Below, piece by piece: positions 8,125 to 17,607 of a DNA stretch of 32,000 bases. How positions within the stretch are numbered: position 1 is the stretch's first letter; each line of letters starts with the position of its first letter. Origin of the DNA: Desulfocapsa sulfexigens DSM 10523 (lineage in GTDB: Bacteria > Desulfobacterota > Desulfobulbia > Desulfobulbales > Desulfocapsaceae); NCBI RefSeq assembly GCF_000341395.1, contig NC_020304.1:2580001-2612000 (forward strand). The letters are read 5' to 3'. The notes under the pieces were generated by a model that worked only from the letters and a program-made list of their open reading frames with translations, did not search any database and was not told the origin of the DNA. Made by a program: the position numbers and the translations under genes.

Positions 8125-11100
8125 TTACTCTTTGTTCACGGGCGTTACCTCTGTTGTCTCATTCCTCTTCACAGCTGTCTTTCCTGAAGGAGTAACGACT
8201 CTGCGTTTTCGTACTATTGGTTTCTTTTTTGGCTTTGGTGGAGCTTTTTTCCAGGTACTGGTTTCACTGAAACAATCCCAGCCCCAGCGCAGCCAGCGAA
8301 GAAGTGCAATGGCAAGCCAGAGTGCCCAGAGGAGCATACTGATACGATAGGTGAGCAGTGGTACCGTTATGACCCATGCTGATGGCAGGAGGAAGTCAGC
8401 CCTGTCCTGGTACCAGTGGAGAGAGTGGCCATTTGAGCCATTACCACCGATCTGCATATCCGGATGACCGAGGAGTCCCTGTTCGATAGCGAAGAACAGT
8501 GCTCCAAGAGCGGCGAAGGTGAGGAGAACAAGGACAACCTGCATTATATTGAAAGTGGCTGTCTGGGTTATTTCATGACCTTTTTTTCTACGTAACCCGA
8601 GGAGAAGCAGCCATGCAACTACCACCGCAGCAATGGGTGCTGGAACCTGGCTCAGGCCAAGACTCAGAAGGAGCCATTGTAAGGTGTTTAAGGGGGTAAG
8701 TTTGACGCGTCCAAGGAGCAGGGCAATAAGAATAATAACCAGCAATTCTCCCCAGAAGAGAACCGCAGGACCTACCCGTGGTCCTCCTGTTAAGAGAATC
8801 CAGCGGGAGGAGGGGACGGTCATCTCAATGGATGCATTAACACTTTTGATCCCGAGGTCAATGGTTTCTGTAGTCAGTCTGGTACCGACGCCCTGTTTAC
8901 TGCGCCATCCTATTTCCAGATTTTGCGGTCCGGGTTGTATTGGAAAACTCAGCTGACCGTTATTCAACTGTAATGGGAACTCTTTGCCATTTATCAGGGT
9001 TTTTTGTAAATCGATATCTGGAGGCAGGGTGATACTGTGCTGTAGGCCACGGCTCGCATTGAGGGAGACAAAGAGTGTTGTTTCGGTAGCACGCAGACCC
9101 GGTTTCACCACAACTTTGCTTCGATTAACTGTCATTGTGGGGCCGGTAACTCCCTTAGGGCGGCTGATGGCGAGTTGCAGGGATTCACCAGGATACGGAT
9201 GGTACTCCGGATAGCGTTTCCCGGCTGGATTGGTCTGGTTTATTTCCGGCAGGCCCTGCGTTTCCACATGCCAGATTGGGCTTACGTCAAGAAACCAGAT
9301 CTCGGTCCAGGAGGAAGTGAGTGGCGCCGTGAGCCTGATTGAATCAACCGGATCCATTGAGGAGTGGAAGGTAAAACTCTTCTGTTTGGACCCCATATTG
9401 ATTCGAGCATGCTGTTTTCTGAGTTGGAGGCCAGCGCTGGTGACATGTTCTCCGGGGAGAAGCGGAATGTCGAGGGCAATAACAGTGTCAGGACTGAGAC
9501 GTATGATTCTGGTGGAAACCGTCCACTTTAACCCCATATGGAGTGTCCGTTCGATCCTTACGAATGCTGGTATCTGGATGGTGTCAGCATCGTCTGTCCC
9601 GGCATTGTCTTCCCTGGCAGCAGGCGTAATTCTGCTGAGACTGATCTGTTTATCCAGACGACCATCTTCGTGAAGGCCATTAATCGACCAGTCATTAAGG
9701 AGTGCCTGTCCCTGTCGCGGTAATACAGGAAAAGAAAAAGAGGCTTTATCCTGACTGTTTAGTTGTTTCTGGAGCAGTATAGTGTGGCTGCCTTGCTCAA
9801 CACGGATAAGAGAATAGCCCTGGGAATCCAGACGTACAATTTGTGCCGGCTGTCCATCGAGGGTGATCCTGGGGAAAAATCTGTTTTCTCCAGGAAGGGT
9901 GATAGCCCCCCTGATAAGAGAATCAACCTGGAGTTCAACTGTCAGCAGGTTCTCCTCTGTACGGATAATGCAGTTGCTGATTGTTGCACACTGGTCACCA
10001 CATTCCGGTGCCCTCAGGAGCCTTTCCTGTAATTCTTGGAGGATTTCAGGAGGGGGGACTTCTGCCGATGCATGTTGGGGGCTAAAGACAATTGCAATGA
10101 GAAATACAAGAGAAGCTCCAAGGGTTTTAGTCTGCTTAGAGACACCTGTCCTGCCACTGGATATCAGAAACTTCCTGAGAAATCCCCCAATGAGCAGGGT
10201 AAGCAGAAAAACTCTTACAAAGGCCAGGACGGTGTTGCTGAATGGGGTAAGAAAAAAGAATGAAATATTCTGTTCCGGACTCACAGGGCCATTCCAGCTC
10301 AGGTAGATCTGCTGCCACTTCCAGTCGGGAAGTCCAGGCCCCGTTTGAATCATATCCTGTGGATCAATCTGTATGCTTTTGGGTTTTTCAGGTACCTGGC
10401 TTGTGCCCAGGCTGTAATAGGCCTGTTTTCGAACGGTCTTGCTCCTGGGTTGAGGTAAAGCAGCGGATTCCGTCAATGAGGCGTCATGTTCCATGGTGGG
10501 TGAGGCGAGTGGGAGGTGTTCACTATCCGTCTGGTATTCGTTGGTAATTCTAAAATGATCGCCATATTCGAGCTGTGGGTAAATTCCCACACGTATTTGG
10601 TTAATCATATAGGGAACGGAGCTTACGATGATTACAATGAGTATTACCAGACCGGCCATTCTACAGAGTCGTTTTCCGGTCGTGGCCGTGATGACCTGCT
10701 GCATGGCGAGAAGGCCAAGGAGTGGCAGCCAGAGATAGCGTGGCGACCCTTGTTGGTGAAAGGAGAAAAAAAGAAGAAGAATCGCAATCCCCCCCCATCC
10801 AAGTCCCAGGATTCTTGATGTGGCCAGGCCAATGATCAGAACCATGAAAATATCGAGCAGAGTCCAGCGATTAAGCCATGTCGACACCCTGTCAACCCCC
10901 GTGGTGGTGAGCAGTTTCCACCCGGGTGGCAAGTTCAGTTCCATGGAGAGCTGTTGGAAGGTATGATCCCAGCCGAGCGCAGGGATTTCAAGACATCCCT
11001 GTGAGACATTTTTTTGAATACGCGATTCTGCATACAGTTCAAGGCTGCCCTGTCGTACTTCGACACCTGTCCTGTCAGAGTCCTTAAGTTGGGTGATAAG

Positions 11101-12321
11101 TCTTGAACTTCCTTCGACCTCTACTTTCCCCAGGATAAGTGATGGATTAACGTTAAGTCGCCAATCACGCGTCATGGTTCCGCTGAGAGCATCATACGCG
11201 GTGAGTCCGCTTCCCTGCTCATCAAGCCATATTTTTCGATGGATCTTGAGGCGGTTTGGTACAGGGTTGGGATTGCCTCGATTTTTTTGAGTGAGGGTCA
11301 TAACCCCTTCGGCTGTGATCAGATATGCGGGGAAATTTCTCCATTTTTCCGGAAGTGAGGTACGGGAGGGATCTAGCGGGGAGAGGGTATTGATTTCAAT
11401 CTGGCGTAATTTGGGGTCTGCTTCAAAGACCCATATCTCTTCAGTGGGCCAGGTGCCATCGATATCTCCCATGGTCAGGGTCGCTGGAGAGAGCGGTTCA
11501 CTGTTTCTCAGGGTCAACTGGATTTGCCATTGACCCGGTCGAACCTGGATCTGCAGTCTGCCACTGCTATCAATGCGTACCGGAAGTGGAGAGTTCAATA
11601 GTAGCGGAATGAAGGGATTACCCGTTTTGAGTCCGAGGGTCTCCTGACGTGGGTTGCCGGAAACGATCAACTGGATATGTAACTGCTGAGTTAAGGGAAC
11701 ACCGTCAGTGATTTTACGGAAGACTTGAAGAGTAAGACTTTCTTCACTGTTTTTTTGTGTTTCCTTAGTATGTTTGAACCACAGCCTGCCCTGTTGATCG
11801 AGTTGCAGGCGTGTTACTTTTTTACCTAGAAGTGTGAGGTGGACGAGTCCGGTTTCTGCGGGGACAAGGAGATTTTCGGGAAGGCTATTCCATGCAAAGC
11901 TTCCTGTTATTGTATGAGCGCCGGGATCAAGCCAGATGGCTGGGCGCCCCCGATCAGTGCTTACAAGAAGTTTCTTTTCACCGGATTGTACATTGAAAGG
12001 CCAGAAGGGAGTGTTGCCCGGAAGTAGAACCAGGCTTCTGGTTTCAATCAACCATTTCTGGCTGAAGGTTGCTCCGTCCTCACGTACATTCAGCTCAATC
12101 TCCGAGGGCCATGTGCAGTAACGTCTGCTGCTCTCTGTGGTATCGATACTACATAATTTTTCTTCCTGGTCGTAGAGGACCCAGGGAATCCACTGTTGTA
12201 ATTCGGTTGGAATCCTGCTCTCTGCCAGTGAATGCGACGGAATGGATGTCATGCTGACGAGTAAAAAAAACTGAAGTAACAGGATGAAATGTTTACATAC
12301 AGGCCTGAGGGAGGTTCTCAT
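8125..12321 (-). CDS. Very large multi-domain membrane protein of unknown function (~1400 aa)
   Basis: Uninterrupted ORF (track 8125..12387) with a signal-like N-terminus, a hydrophobic block near the middle (LDIFMVLIIGLATSRILGLG...), another (SNTVLAFVRVFLLTLLIGGFL), a C-terminal multi-helix block (LLVIILIALLLG..., VVLVLLTFAALGALFF) and a basic tail. The internal start MRTSLRPVC at 12321 is preferred because the predicted promoter lies at 12371-12400. Confidence 0.85.
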   Translation of the reverse strand: MRTSLRPVCKHFILLLQFFLLVSMTSIPSHSLAESRIPTELQQWIPWVLYDQEEKLCSIDTTESSRRYCTWPSEIELNVREDGATFSQKWLIETRSLVLLPGNTPFWPFNVQSGEKKLLVSTDRGRPAIWLDPGAHTITGSFAWNSLPENLLVPAETGLVHLTLLGKKVTRLQLDQQGRLWFKHTKETQKNSEESLTLQVFRKITDGVPLTQQLHIQLIVSGNPRQETLGLKTGNPFIPLLLNSPLPVRIDSSGRLQIQVRPGQWQIQLTLRNSEPLSPATLTMGDIDGTWPTEEIWVFEADPKLRQIEINTLSPLDPSRTSLPEKWRNFPAYLITAEGVMTLTQKNRGNPNPVPNRLKIHRKIWLDEQGSGLTAYDALSGTMTRDWRLNVNPSLILGKVEVEGSSRLITQLKDSDRTGVEVRQGSLELYAESRIQKNVSQGCLEIPALGWDHTFQQLSMELNLPPGWKLLTTTGVDRVSTWLNRWTLLDIFMVLIIGLATSRILGLGWGGIAILLLFFSFHQQGSPRYLWLPLLGLLAMQQVITATTGKRLCRMAGLVILIVIIVSSVPYMINQIRVGIYPQLEYGDHFRITNEYQTDSEHLPLASPTMEHDASLTESAALPQPRSKTVRKQAYYSLGTSQVPEKPKSIQIDPQDMIQTGPGLPDWKWQQIYLSWNGPVSPEQNISFFFLTPFSNTVLAFVRVFLLTLLIGGFLRKFLISSGRTGVSKQTKTLGASLVFLIAIVFSPQHASAEVPPPEILQELQERLLRAPECGDQCATISNCIIRTEENLLTVELQVDSLIRGAITLPGENRFFPRITLDGQPAQIVRLDSQGYSLIRVEQGSHTILLQKQLNSQDKASFSFPVLPRQGQALLNDWSINGLHEDGRLDKQISLSRITPAAREDNAGTDDADTIQIPAFVRIERTLHMGLKWTVSTRIIRLSPDTVIALDIPLLPGEHVTSAGLQLRKQHARINMGSKQKSFTFHSSMDPVDSIRLTAPLTSSWTEIWFLDVSPIWHVETQGLPEINQTNPAGKRYPEYHPYPGESLQLAISRPKGVTGPTMTVNRSKVVVKPGLRATETTLFVSLNASRGLQHSITLPPDIDLQKTLINGKEFPLQLNNGQLSFPIQPGPQNLEIGWRSKQGVGTRLTTETIDLGIKSVNASIEMTVPSSRWILLTGGPRVGPAVLFWGELLVIILIALLLGRVKLTPLNTLQWLLLSLGLSQVPAPIAAVVVAWLLLLGLRRKKGHEITQTATFNIMQVVLVLLTFAALGALFFAIEQGLLGHPDMQIGGNGSNGHSLHWYQDRADFLLPSAWVITVPLLTYRISMLLWALWLAIALLRWLRWGWDCFSETSTWKKAPPKPKKKPIVRKRRVVTPSGKTAVKRNETTEVTPVNKE

Positions 12322-12370
12322 TTTCGGGATCCAGAGTGAGGGGGATAGTATTATTGGAAGCTGTCTTTTC

Positions 12371-12400
12371 AGTATAGCTGGCAACAAAAAGCTTTGTCAA
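12371..12400 (-). promoter_or_regulatory. Putative sigma70 promoter for the giant membrane protein gene (TTGACA - 18 nt - TATACT)
   Basis: On the minus strand, TTGACA (12400-12395), 18 nt, TATACT (12376-12371), about 45-50 nt upstream of ATG 12321. Confidence 0.6.
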
Positions 12401-12545
12401 ATATACAGCTGTGGAGAACTCTCTTTTGGTGTAACATGCCTCTAAAACCAAATATCACTATAAAAGATGTTCCCCGAAGAAAACTGTCACTAGATTCTTA
12501 TGCGTGGCTGAATGGTAATTGAGTTTCTAACAAAAAGGAGAAGCA

Positions 12546-13574
12546 TTGTCCAGGTCGGTTACTTTTAAAGAGCTTTTTCCCTGTCCCACGGTTCAATTTG
12601 TTGATGTACGTTCTCCTGTAGAATTTTCTCAGGGACATATTCCTGGAGCCGTAAATATTCCCCTCTTTACAGACGATGAGCGCGCCAGAATCGGTACCAT
12701 CTATAAACAGGTGGATCAGGAACAGGCCCTGGCTCTTGGCGAGGAAATTGCCAGGCCAAAGGTCGAGCAAATTATCACCCTTATCGAGGAAATGTTGCCG
12801 GCTGATATTGTCATCTATTGCTGGAGAGGTGGGAAGCGAAGCAGTGAAGTCTGTCGTTTGGTAAATGAGGCAGGAGTTGCGGTCAAACGTTTGCATGGAG
12901 GATACAGGGCCTATCGTCGTGGAATCAGAAGCTGTATCGAACAGCCACGGAAATTATGTATTCTTGGTGGAAAAACAGGAAGCGGCAAGACTGCTATTTT
13001 GCAAGGGCTTCAGGCGCAGGGAATACAGGTGATCGATCTAGAGGCTCTGGCCCACCATAAGGGGTCAGTTTTTGGTCATATTAACGAGGGAGCACAACCG
13101 ACCACGGAGCAGTTTGAAAACGATTTCCACCAGGAACTGCAAAGACTTGATCCTGAGAACGTACTGCTTCTTGAAAACGAGAGTTATGTTATCGGCTCAG
13201 TCCATCTTCCCCCACCCTTGCTTTTGCAGATGCGGGCAGCACCTCTGCTGATAATCGAAGTGCCGGTGGAAGCGAGAATTGATCGTCTGGTTCAGGAATA
13301 CAGCACTACCGATAGGCAGGAGTTGACCGAGGCCTGTCAGCGTATTGCACAGAAATTGACCCGGCCAAGATTTCTGGAAATAATTGATTGTATTGAGAGA
13401 GACGATTTGAGAACTGCCTGTGAGCACCTCCTGGTATATTACGATTATTACTATAATCGTGGAATTGAGAAACGAAAAAACCAGGAAATTTCTTTTTTGT
13501 CCCTGAGTGGTTTTGCTCTTGATGATGATATTACAAGAGTTAAGGATACTGTAATAATACAACATGCAGTCTGA
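12546..13574 (+). CDS. mnmH: tRNA 2-selenouridine/geranyl-2-thiouridine synthase
   Basis: N-terminal rhodanese domain with DVRSPVEFSQGHIPGAVNIPLF and active-site Cys in IVIYCWRGGKRSSEVC, P-loop GGKTGSGKTAIL, TTG start preceded by AGGAG. Confidence 0.93.
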   Translation: MSRSVTFKELFPCPTVQFVDVRSPVEFSQGHIPGAVNIPLFTDDERARIGTIYKQVDQEQALALGEEIARPKVEQIITLIEEMLPADIVIYCWRGGKRSSEVCRLVNEAGVAVKRLHGGYRAYRRGIRSCIEQPRKLCILGGKTGSGKTAILQGLQAQGIQVIDLEALAHHKGSVFGHINEGAQPTTEQFENDFHQELQRLDPENVLLLENESYVIGSVHLPPPLLLQMRAAPLLIIEVPVEARIDRLVQEYSTTDRQELTEACQRIAQKLTRPRFLEIIDCIERDDLRTACEHLLVYYDYYYNRGIEKRKNQEISFLSLSGFALDDDITRVKDTVIIQHAV

Positions 13575-14123
13575 CATAATATGAGCTGCAGTTGTCCAGG
13601 TGGCAAGCAGTATCCGATTGAAAAAGGCAGTGCCGTTTTCCATGCTGGACACTGCTTATTCAGTTAAAAGGTTTATTTCGTTCAATCACCACCTACCTGA
13701 TTTCCTTGAGCATCACTTCCAGGTCCTATTTCCTGACCATTTTCATGTTGGACTTTATCTCCACCAGCCCAAACGGGTGCAACGGCTACACTTAAAAAAG
13801 AACTAAAGAGGCCATAAGTGCCAATAATCTTCTCATTGTAGGATCTCCTTTAAAATCTGAGGTTTGTTTTTGCCAATACCACAGGGAGTGGCACGGTCTT
13901 TTTCAACTCACATTAATTTGCGTTTGTTTGTGTAGATCACCGGTGAAAAATATTCAATGCTACAGTGTCGTACTGGTGTGTTTTGTTAAGGGAATTTATG
14001 AATATGCTTGAAACACAGCATGTTATGAAGAATGAAAAAACAGTATGGTGAGTGTGCTTAAGTTATCAGGATGCCTGGTTGTGTTGTAAGAGCATGTTTT
14101 TATTGAATAAGTTATGGGTTAAT

Positions 14124-15002
14124 TTATTGGTAAAGAATGGCTCTTATCTGTTTTATTCCCTCGAGAATTCGCCTGGTTGGTCGTGAAACCAGCTGTTCAT
14201 CAACAAGAGATATCTTTCCTTCTCGTATTGCCCTAATAGCAAGGAATCCAGGTTCCTCGGCAATCTGTTGGGTCGTGACACGATTCATTCGTCCCTCTTG
14301 GGCGAGAAAAAAATCTATTTCATCAGCGTGGAAGAGGATACGTTCTTTTCCGTATGCGGCAATGTTGGTGTCTCTACGAGCGGTGGCATCCGTGGCAATG
14401 TTTATGCCGCCAGCCTGTTCGAGCGCAAATATTGCAATAGATGTGGGAGAGAACGTCTTCATTTTCGAGTGAATAGATTCAAAATAGACTTTTGGCCGAT
14501 TCTGGAGAGGAACCATTTGGGTGGCCTGGTGAATCTTTTGAAGCTCATTGTTAAACTCTGCAACCATTTGAGCAGCCGCTGTGTTTCTCCCAGTGAGGCT
14601 GCCGAGTTGTATCCAGTAGGCAAGCATTTCGTCGATACTGCGTGGCTGCAGCGAGATAACCGTTATCCCGGCCTCTTTTAGCTGGTCAATGAGCTGAGGG
14701 ACAGCATTTGCGATCATGGGTCTGATCAGGACCAGATCTGGACCTGCAGCGATGAATTTCTCAGCATTGTCGCGATGGCTGAAACGTTGTTTACTGAGAA
14801 TTTCAGGAGGGTAGGTGTCGCTGGTTGCGATCCCTATCAGTTCCCCTGTTATTCCGAGGTCAGCGAGGTTCTCCGTATGGGCAGGATAGAGTGAAATAAT
14901 ACGTGAAAATGAGGGTTTGGTGTCGCTGCCATGGAGAGGGGAGCAGGACAGAGCGGAATGGATCAGTGTCACAAGGATGAGAAGACGTAAAATATTGAGC
15001 AT
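14124..15002 (-). CDS. ABC transporter periplasmic substrate-binding protein, BtuF/FepB-like (metal chelate or corrinoid)
   Basis: FSRIISLYPAHTENLADLGITGELIGIA... and VLIRPMIANAVPQLIDQLKEAGITVI..., signal-like N-terminus, adjacent to matching ATPase and permease genes. Start taken as ATG 15002. Confidence 0.85.
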   Translation of the reverse strand: MLNILRLLILVTLIHSALSCSPLHGSDTKPSFSRIISLYPAHTENLADLGITGELIGIATSDTYPPEILSKQRFSHRDNAEKFIAAGPDLVLIRPMIANAVPQLIDQLKEAGITVISLQPRSIDEMLAYWIQLGSLTGRNTAAAQMVAEFNNELQKIHQATQMVPLQNRPKVYFESIHSKMKTFSPTSIAIFALEQAGGINIATDATARRDTNIAAYGKERILFHADEIDFFLAQEGRMNRVTTQQIAEEPGFLAIRAIREGKISLVDEQLVSRPTRRILEGIKQIRAILYQ

Positions 15003-15003
15003 T

Positions 15004-15795
15004 TTATTGATACTGATAGTGAATTTGCGGACGCCCGTTTCTGGGAGTGCGGGTGACGTTTGCCCTGACGGAAAAGACGTTCTGGAGGAGGTCTCTGGTG
15101 AAAATTTCAGCCACCGGGGCATTGGCGAAAAGAGTCCCATCCTTGAGTACCAGGCAGTCATCACAAAATGCCGCTGCTAAATTAAGATCGTGGATGGCAG
15201 CAATAACGGTGAGTCCAGTGTTGTCAACACGTTCACGTATCACCCTCATGATGGCAATGGTGTGCTGAATATCAAGGTTGGAGGTTGCCTCGTCAAGGAC
15301 CAGAACTTCTGTTTCCTGGGCAAGGGCTCTTGCCATGACCACTCGCTGTAATTCTCCGCCGGAAAGGGCGATAACGGGGCGATCCCGGAGATGGAGAATA
15401 TCCATGGTTTCCATGGCCTGTTCCACAGCCGCTCTATCGTGGGCTGAAGGTGATGAAAATCTTGGAATATGGGGATGGCGTCCCATAAAAACAACGTCCC
15501 TGACACTGTATTCAAAGTCCATTGAAAAGTGCTGGGGGACGAGCGCCAGCCTGACTGCCAGTTGCTGGCGTGAATAATCGCTTAATTTCCTGCCTCTGTA
15601 TTTGATAGATCCTGAACGGGGAGGAAGGGTTGCCATAAGGAGTTCAAGGAGTGTGGACTTGCCACTGCCGTTGGCACCAATCAGGCCATAAAATCTTCCC
15701 TGTTGCAGTTGGAGGTCGAGATTTCTAAGCACCGTATTGTTACGATACCCAAAGGAAAGATTCTCGATATGAAAAAGAAGTCTTTTGTCCCTCAT
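15004..15795 (-). CDS. ABC transporter ATP-binding protein, FecE/BtuD family
   Basis: Walker A GANGSGKST, signature LSGGELQRVVMARALAQ, Walker B VLVLDEATSNLD. ATG 15795 overlaps the permease stop (ATGA). Confidence 0.93.
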   Translation of the reverse strand: MRDKRLLFHIENLSFGYRNNTVLRNLDLQLQQGRFYGLIGANGSGKSTLLELLMATLPPRSGSIKYRGRKLSDYSRQQLAVRLALVPQHFSMDFEYSVRDVVFMGRHPHIPRFSSPSAHDRAAVEQAMETMDILHLRDRPVIALSGGELQRVVMARALAQETEVLVLDEATSNLDIQHTIAIMRVIRERVDNTGLTVIAAIHDLNLAAAFCDDCLVLKDGTLFANAPVAEIFTRDLLQNVFSVRANVTRTPRNGRPQIHYQYQ

Positions 15796-16838
15796 GATAC
15801 ATTTGCCAGCTGTTTTTTGCGGAAGATGTAACAGAAAAACGGTCCACCGATAAGGGAGGTCAGGACACCAATTGGGATCTCGGATGGCAGAAGGGCACGG
15901 GTGATAGTGTCGGCCCCAAGAAGGAGGGTGGCCCCCCCCAGGAAACATGCGGGAAGGAGAATCCGATTGTCGGGGCCAAGAATCATACGCAGAAGATGAG
16001 GGATGATGAGACCCACAAAACCAATGATTCCGGAAACTGAGACACAGATGGCGGTGATCAGTGAGGCGCCCACCAGGAGCATCTTTTTGACTCGGCCGCT
16101 TTCAACACCCAGAGTATTTGCCGTGCGTTCCCCTAGCGCCATAATGTTCAGATCACGAGCAAAGTAGAGGGTGAAGAGAAGTCCAGGCATGACAATTACC
16201 GAGGTGCTGAGAACATCGCTCCAGGTCCTGCCGACAAAACTGCCCATAAGCCAGAAGATAATGATGCTTACCTGTTCATCTGCAAGGTATTTTATGAATC
16301 CGATACCGGCAGAAAGAATAGCTGCAATAATAACCCCGGAAAGTATCAGGGTGTTGGATGAAAGTTTGTTATCGGTCGAGGCTAGGGAGAAGACTCCGAT
16401 AAGTGTGGCAATGGCACCAATAAATGCAAAGATCGGAATTGAAAACCATGCTGGAACAACAACACCGAAGAGGGTCAGGATAATGGCAAGCGAGGCGCCA
16501 AAAGCAGCACCGGATGATATTCCAAGAGTGTAAGGGTCGGCCAGCGGATTTAAGAGGATGGCCTGAAATACGGCTCCAGCCACGGCAAGACCACCGCCAA
16601 CAAGCGCCGAGGTAAGAATACGGGGCAAACGTACCTCCATGACAACAAACGGAAAGGTGGGATTGATGGTGGTGGAGTCTCTGCCAAGGAGTTTGTTCCA
16701 AAGAATTTCAAGGACCTCTCCGGGGCTGATCTGTAGGAATCCCATCCCGGTTGCGGTAATAATTGCTGCACAGAGGATGAGTAGTAACAGTGCTAGTATG
16801 AGTAGTGGTTTTGTACCGGTCATTGTGTAAAATGGCAT
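15792..16838 (-). CDS. ABC transporter permease, FecCD/BtuC family
   Basis: Hydrophobic multi-spanning protein with LPRILTSALVGGGLAVAGAVFQAILLNPLADPYTLGISSGAAFGA and SGIIGFVGLIIPHLLRMILGPDNR, both characteristic of FecCD permeases. Confidence 0.95.
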   Translation of the reverse strand: MPFYTMTGTKPLLILALLLLILCAAIITATGMGFLQISPGEVLEILWNKLLGRDSTTINPTFPFVVMEVRLPRILTSALVGGGLAVAGAVFQAILLNPLADPYTLGISSGAAFGASLAIILTLFGVVVPAWFSIPIFAFIGAIATLIGVFSLASTDNKLSSNTLILSGVIIAAILSAGIGFIKYLADEQVSIIIFWLMGSFVGRTWSDVLSTSVIVMPGLLFTLYFARDLNIMALGERTANTLGVESGRVKKMLLVGASLITAICVSVSGIIGFVGLIIPHLLRMILGPDNRILLPACFLGGATLLLGADTITRALLPSEIPIGVLTSLIGGPFFCYIFRKKQLANVS

Positions 16839-17019
16839 GGGAGGGCTGAGAAAGATTGATGGAAAGTAATAGTGAAGATGGGAGTTTTTGTCAATCTCCT
16901 TATCTTGTGAGGGAATTACTCTGGAAATGAATCGGATGAACTGTTAAAATGAGGGCGTTCTATTTATGGAGTCTATATGGGTAATAAATCTGAAAACTAT
17001 ATTTAAAAGTGGAGCCGTC

Positions 17020-17604
17020 ATGAAACGAATTGCTTTGTTGTCTTTTATCTCCCTCTTATCCGTCGTACTTTCCAGTTGCGGCTATAACAGTCTGCAGATC
17101 CAGGAAGAGGGCGTCTTTAAGGCATGGGCTGATGTGGAATCCACCCTGCAGCGGCGTGCTGATCTTATTCCGAATCTGGTGGAAACGGTTAAAGGCTACG
17201 CAAAACATGAGCAGGAAACATTACAGGCCGTAATTGATGCCAGATCAAAGGCCAGTTCGGTGCAGATTGCAGCAAAGGATTTAAATAATCCTGCAGTAAT
17301 GCAGCAATTTCAGGCGGCCCAGGGAGGCTTGACTGCTGCCCTGTCAAAATTGATGGTGGTGGTTGAGCGTTATCCTGACCTCAAGGCCAATCAGAATTTT
17401 CTGGATCTCCAGAATCAACTGGAAGGGACGGAGAATCGTATTAATGTCGCCCGGCAACGCTATAACACCGCTGTTTCCAGTTTTAATGGTGCAATTCGCA
17501 AGTTTCCTCAGAGTTTGACCAATAAGTTTTTGCTCCATCTTGAACGTAAGGAGTATTTCAAAGCGGAAGAGGGTGCAAAGGTCGCGCCAAAGGTAACATT
17601 CTAA
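17020..17604 (+). CDS. LemA family protein
   Basis: [26 protein letters not shown] (lipoprotein-like) followed by [40 protein letters not shown], a LemA hallmark. Confidence 0.95.
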   Translation: MKRIALLSFISLLSVVLSSCGYNSLQIQEEGVFKAWADVESTLQRRADLIPNLVETVKGYAKHEQETLQAVIDARSKASSVQIAAKDLNNPAVMQQFQAAQGGLTAALSKLMVVVERYPDLKANQNFLDLQNQLEGTENRINVARQRYNTAVSSFNGAIRKFPQSLTNKFLLHLERKEYFKAEEGAKVAPKVTF

Positions 17605-17607
17605 GCT

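Noticed and set aside
8111-12257. Numerous 60-150 aa ORFs on the plus strand opposite the giant gene (for example 8633..8956, 9230..9673, 9863..10306)
   Set aside because: They are fragmented and antisense to a continuous 1400-aa ORF with coherent protein features, with no recognisable domains. They look like shadow ORFs.
13600-13806. 68-aa plus-strand ORF with a GTG start downstream of mnmH
   Set aside because: Weak ribosome-binding context and no recognisable domain. It is mentioned only as part of the unexplained gap and is not called as a gene.
16839-17019. Possible cobalamin riboswitch upstream of the BtuCDF-like operon
   Set aside because: I could not find a recognisable B12-box-like sequence or extended structure. 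Substrate specificity (corrinoid versus iron chelate) is left open.
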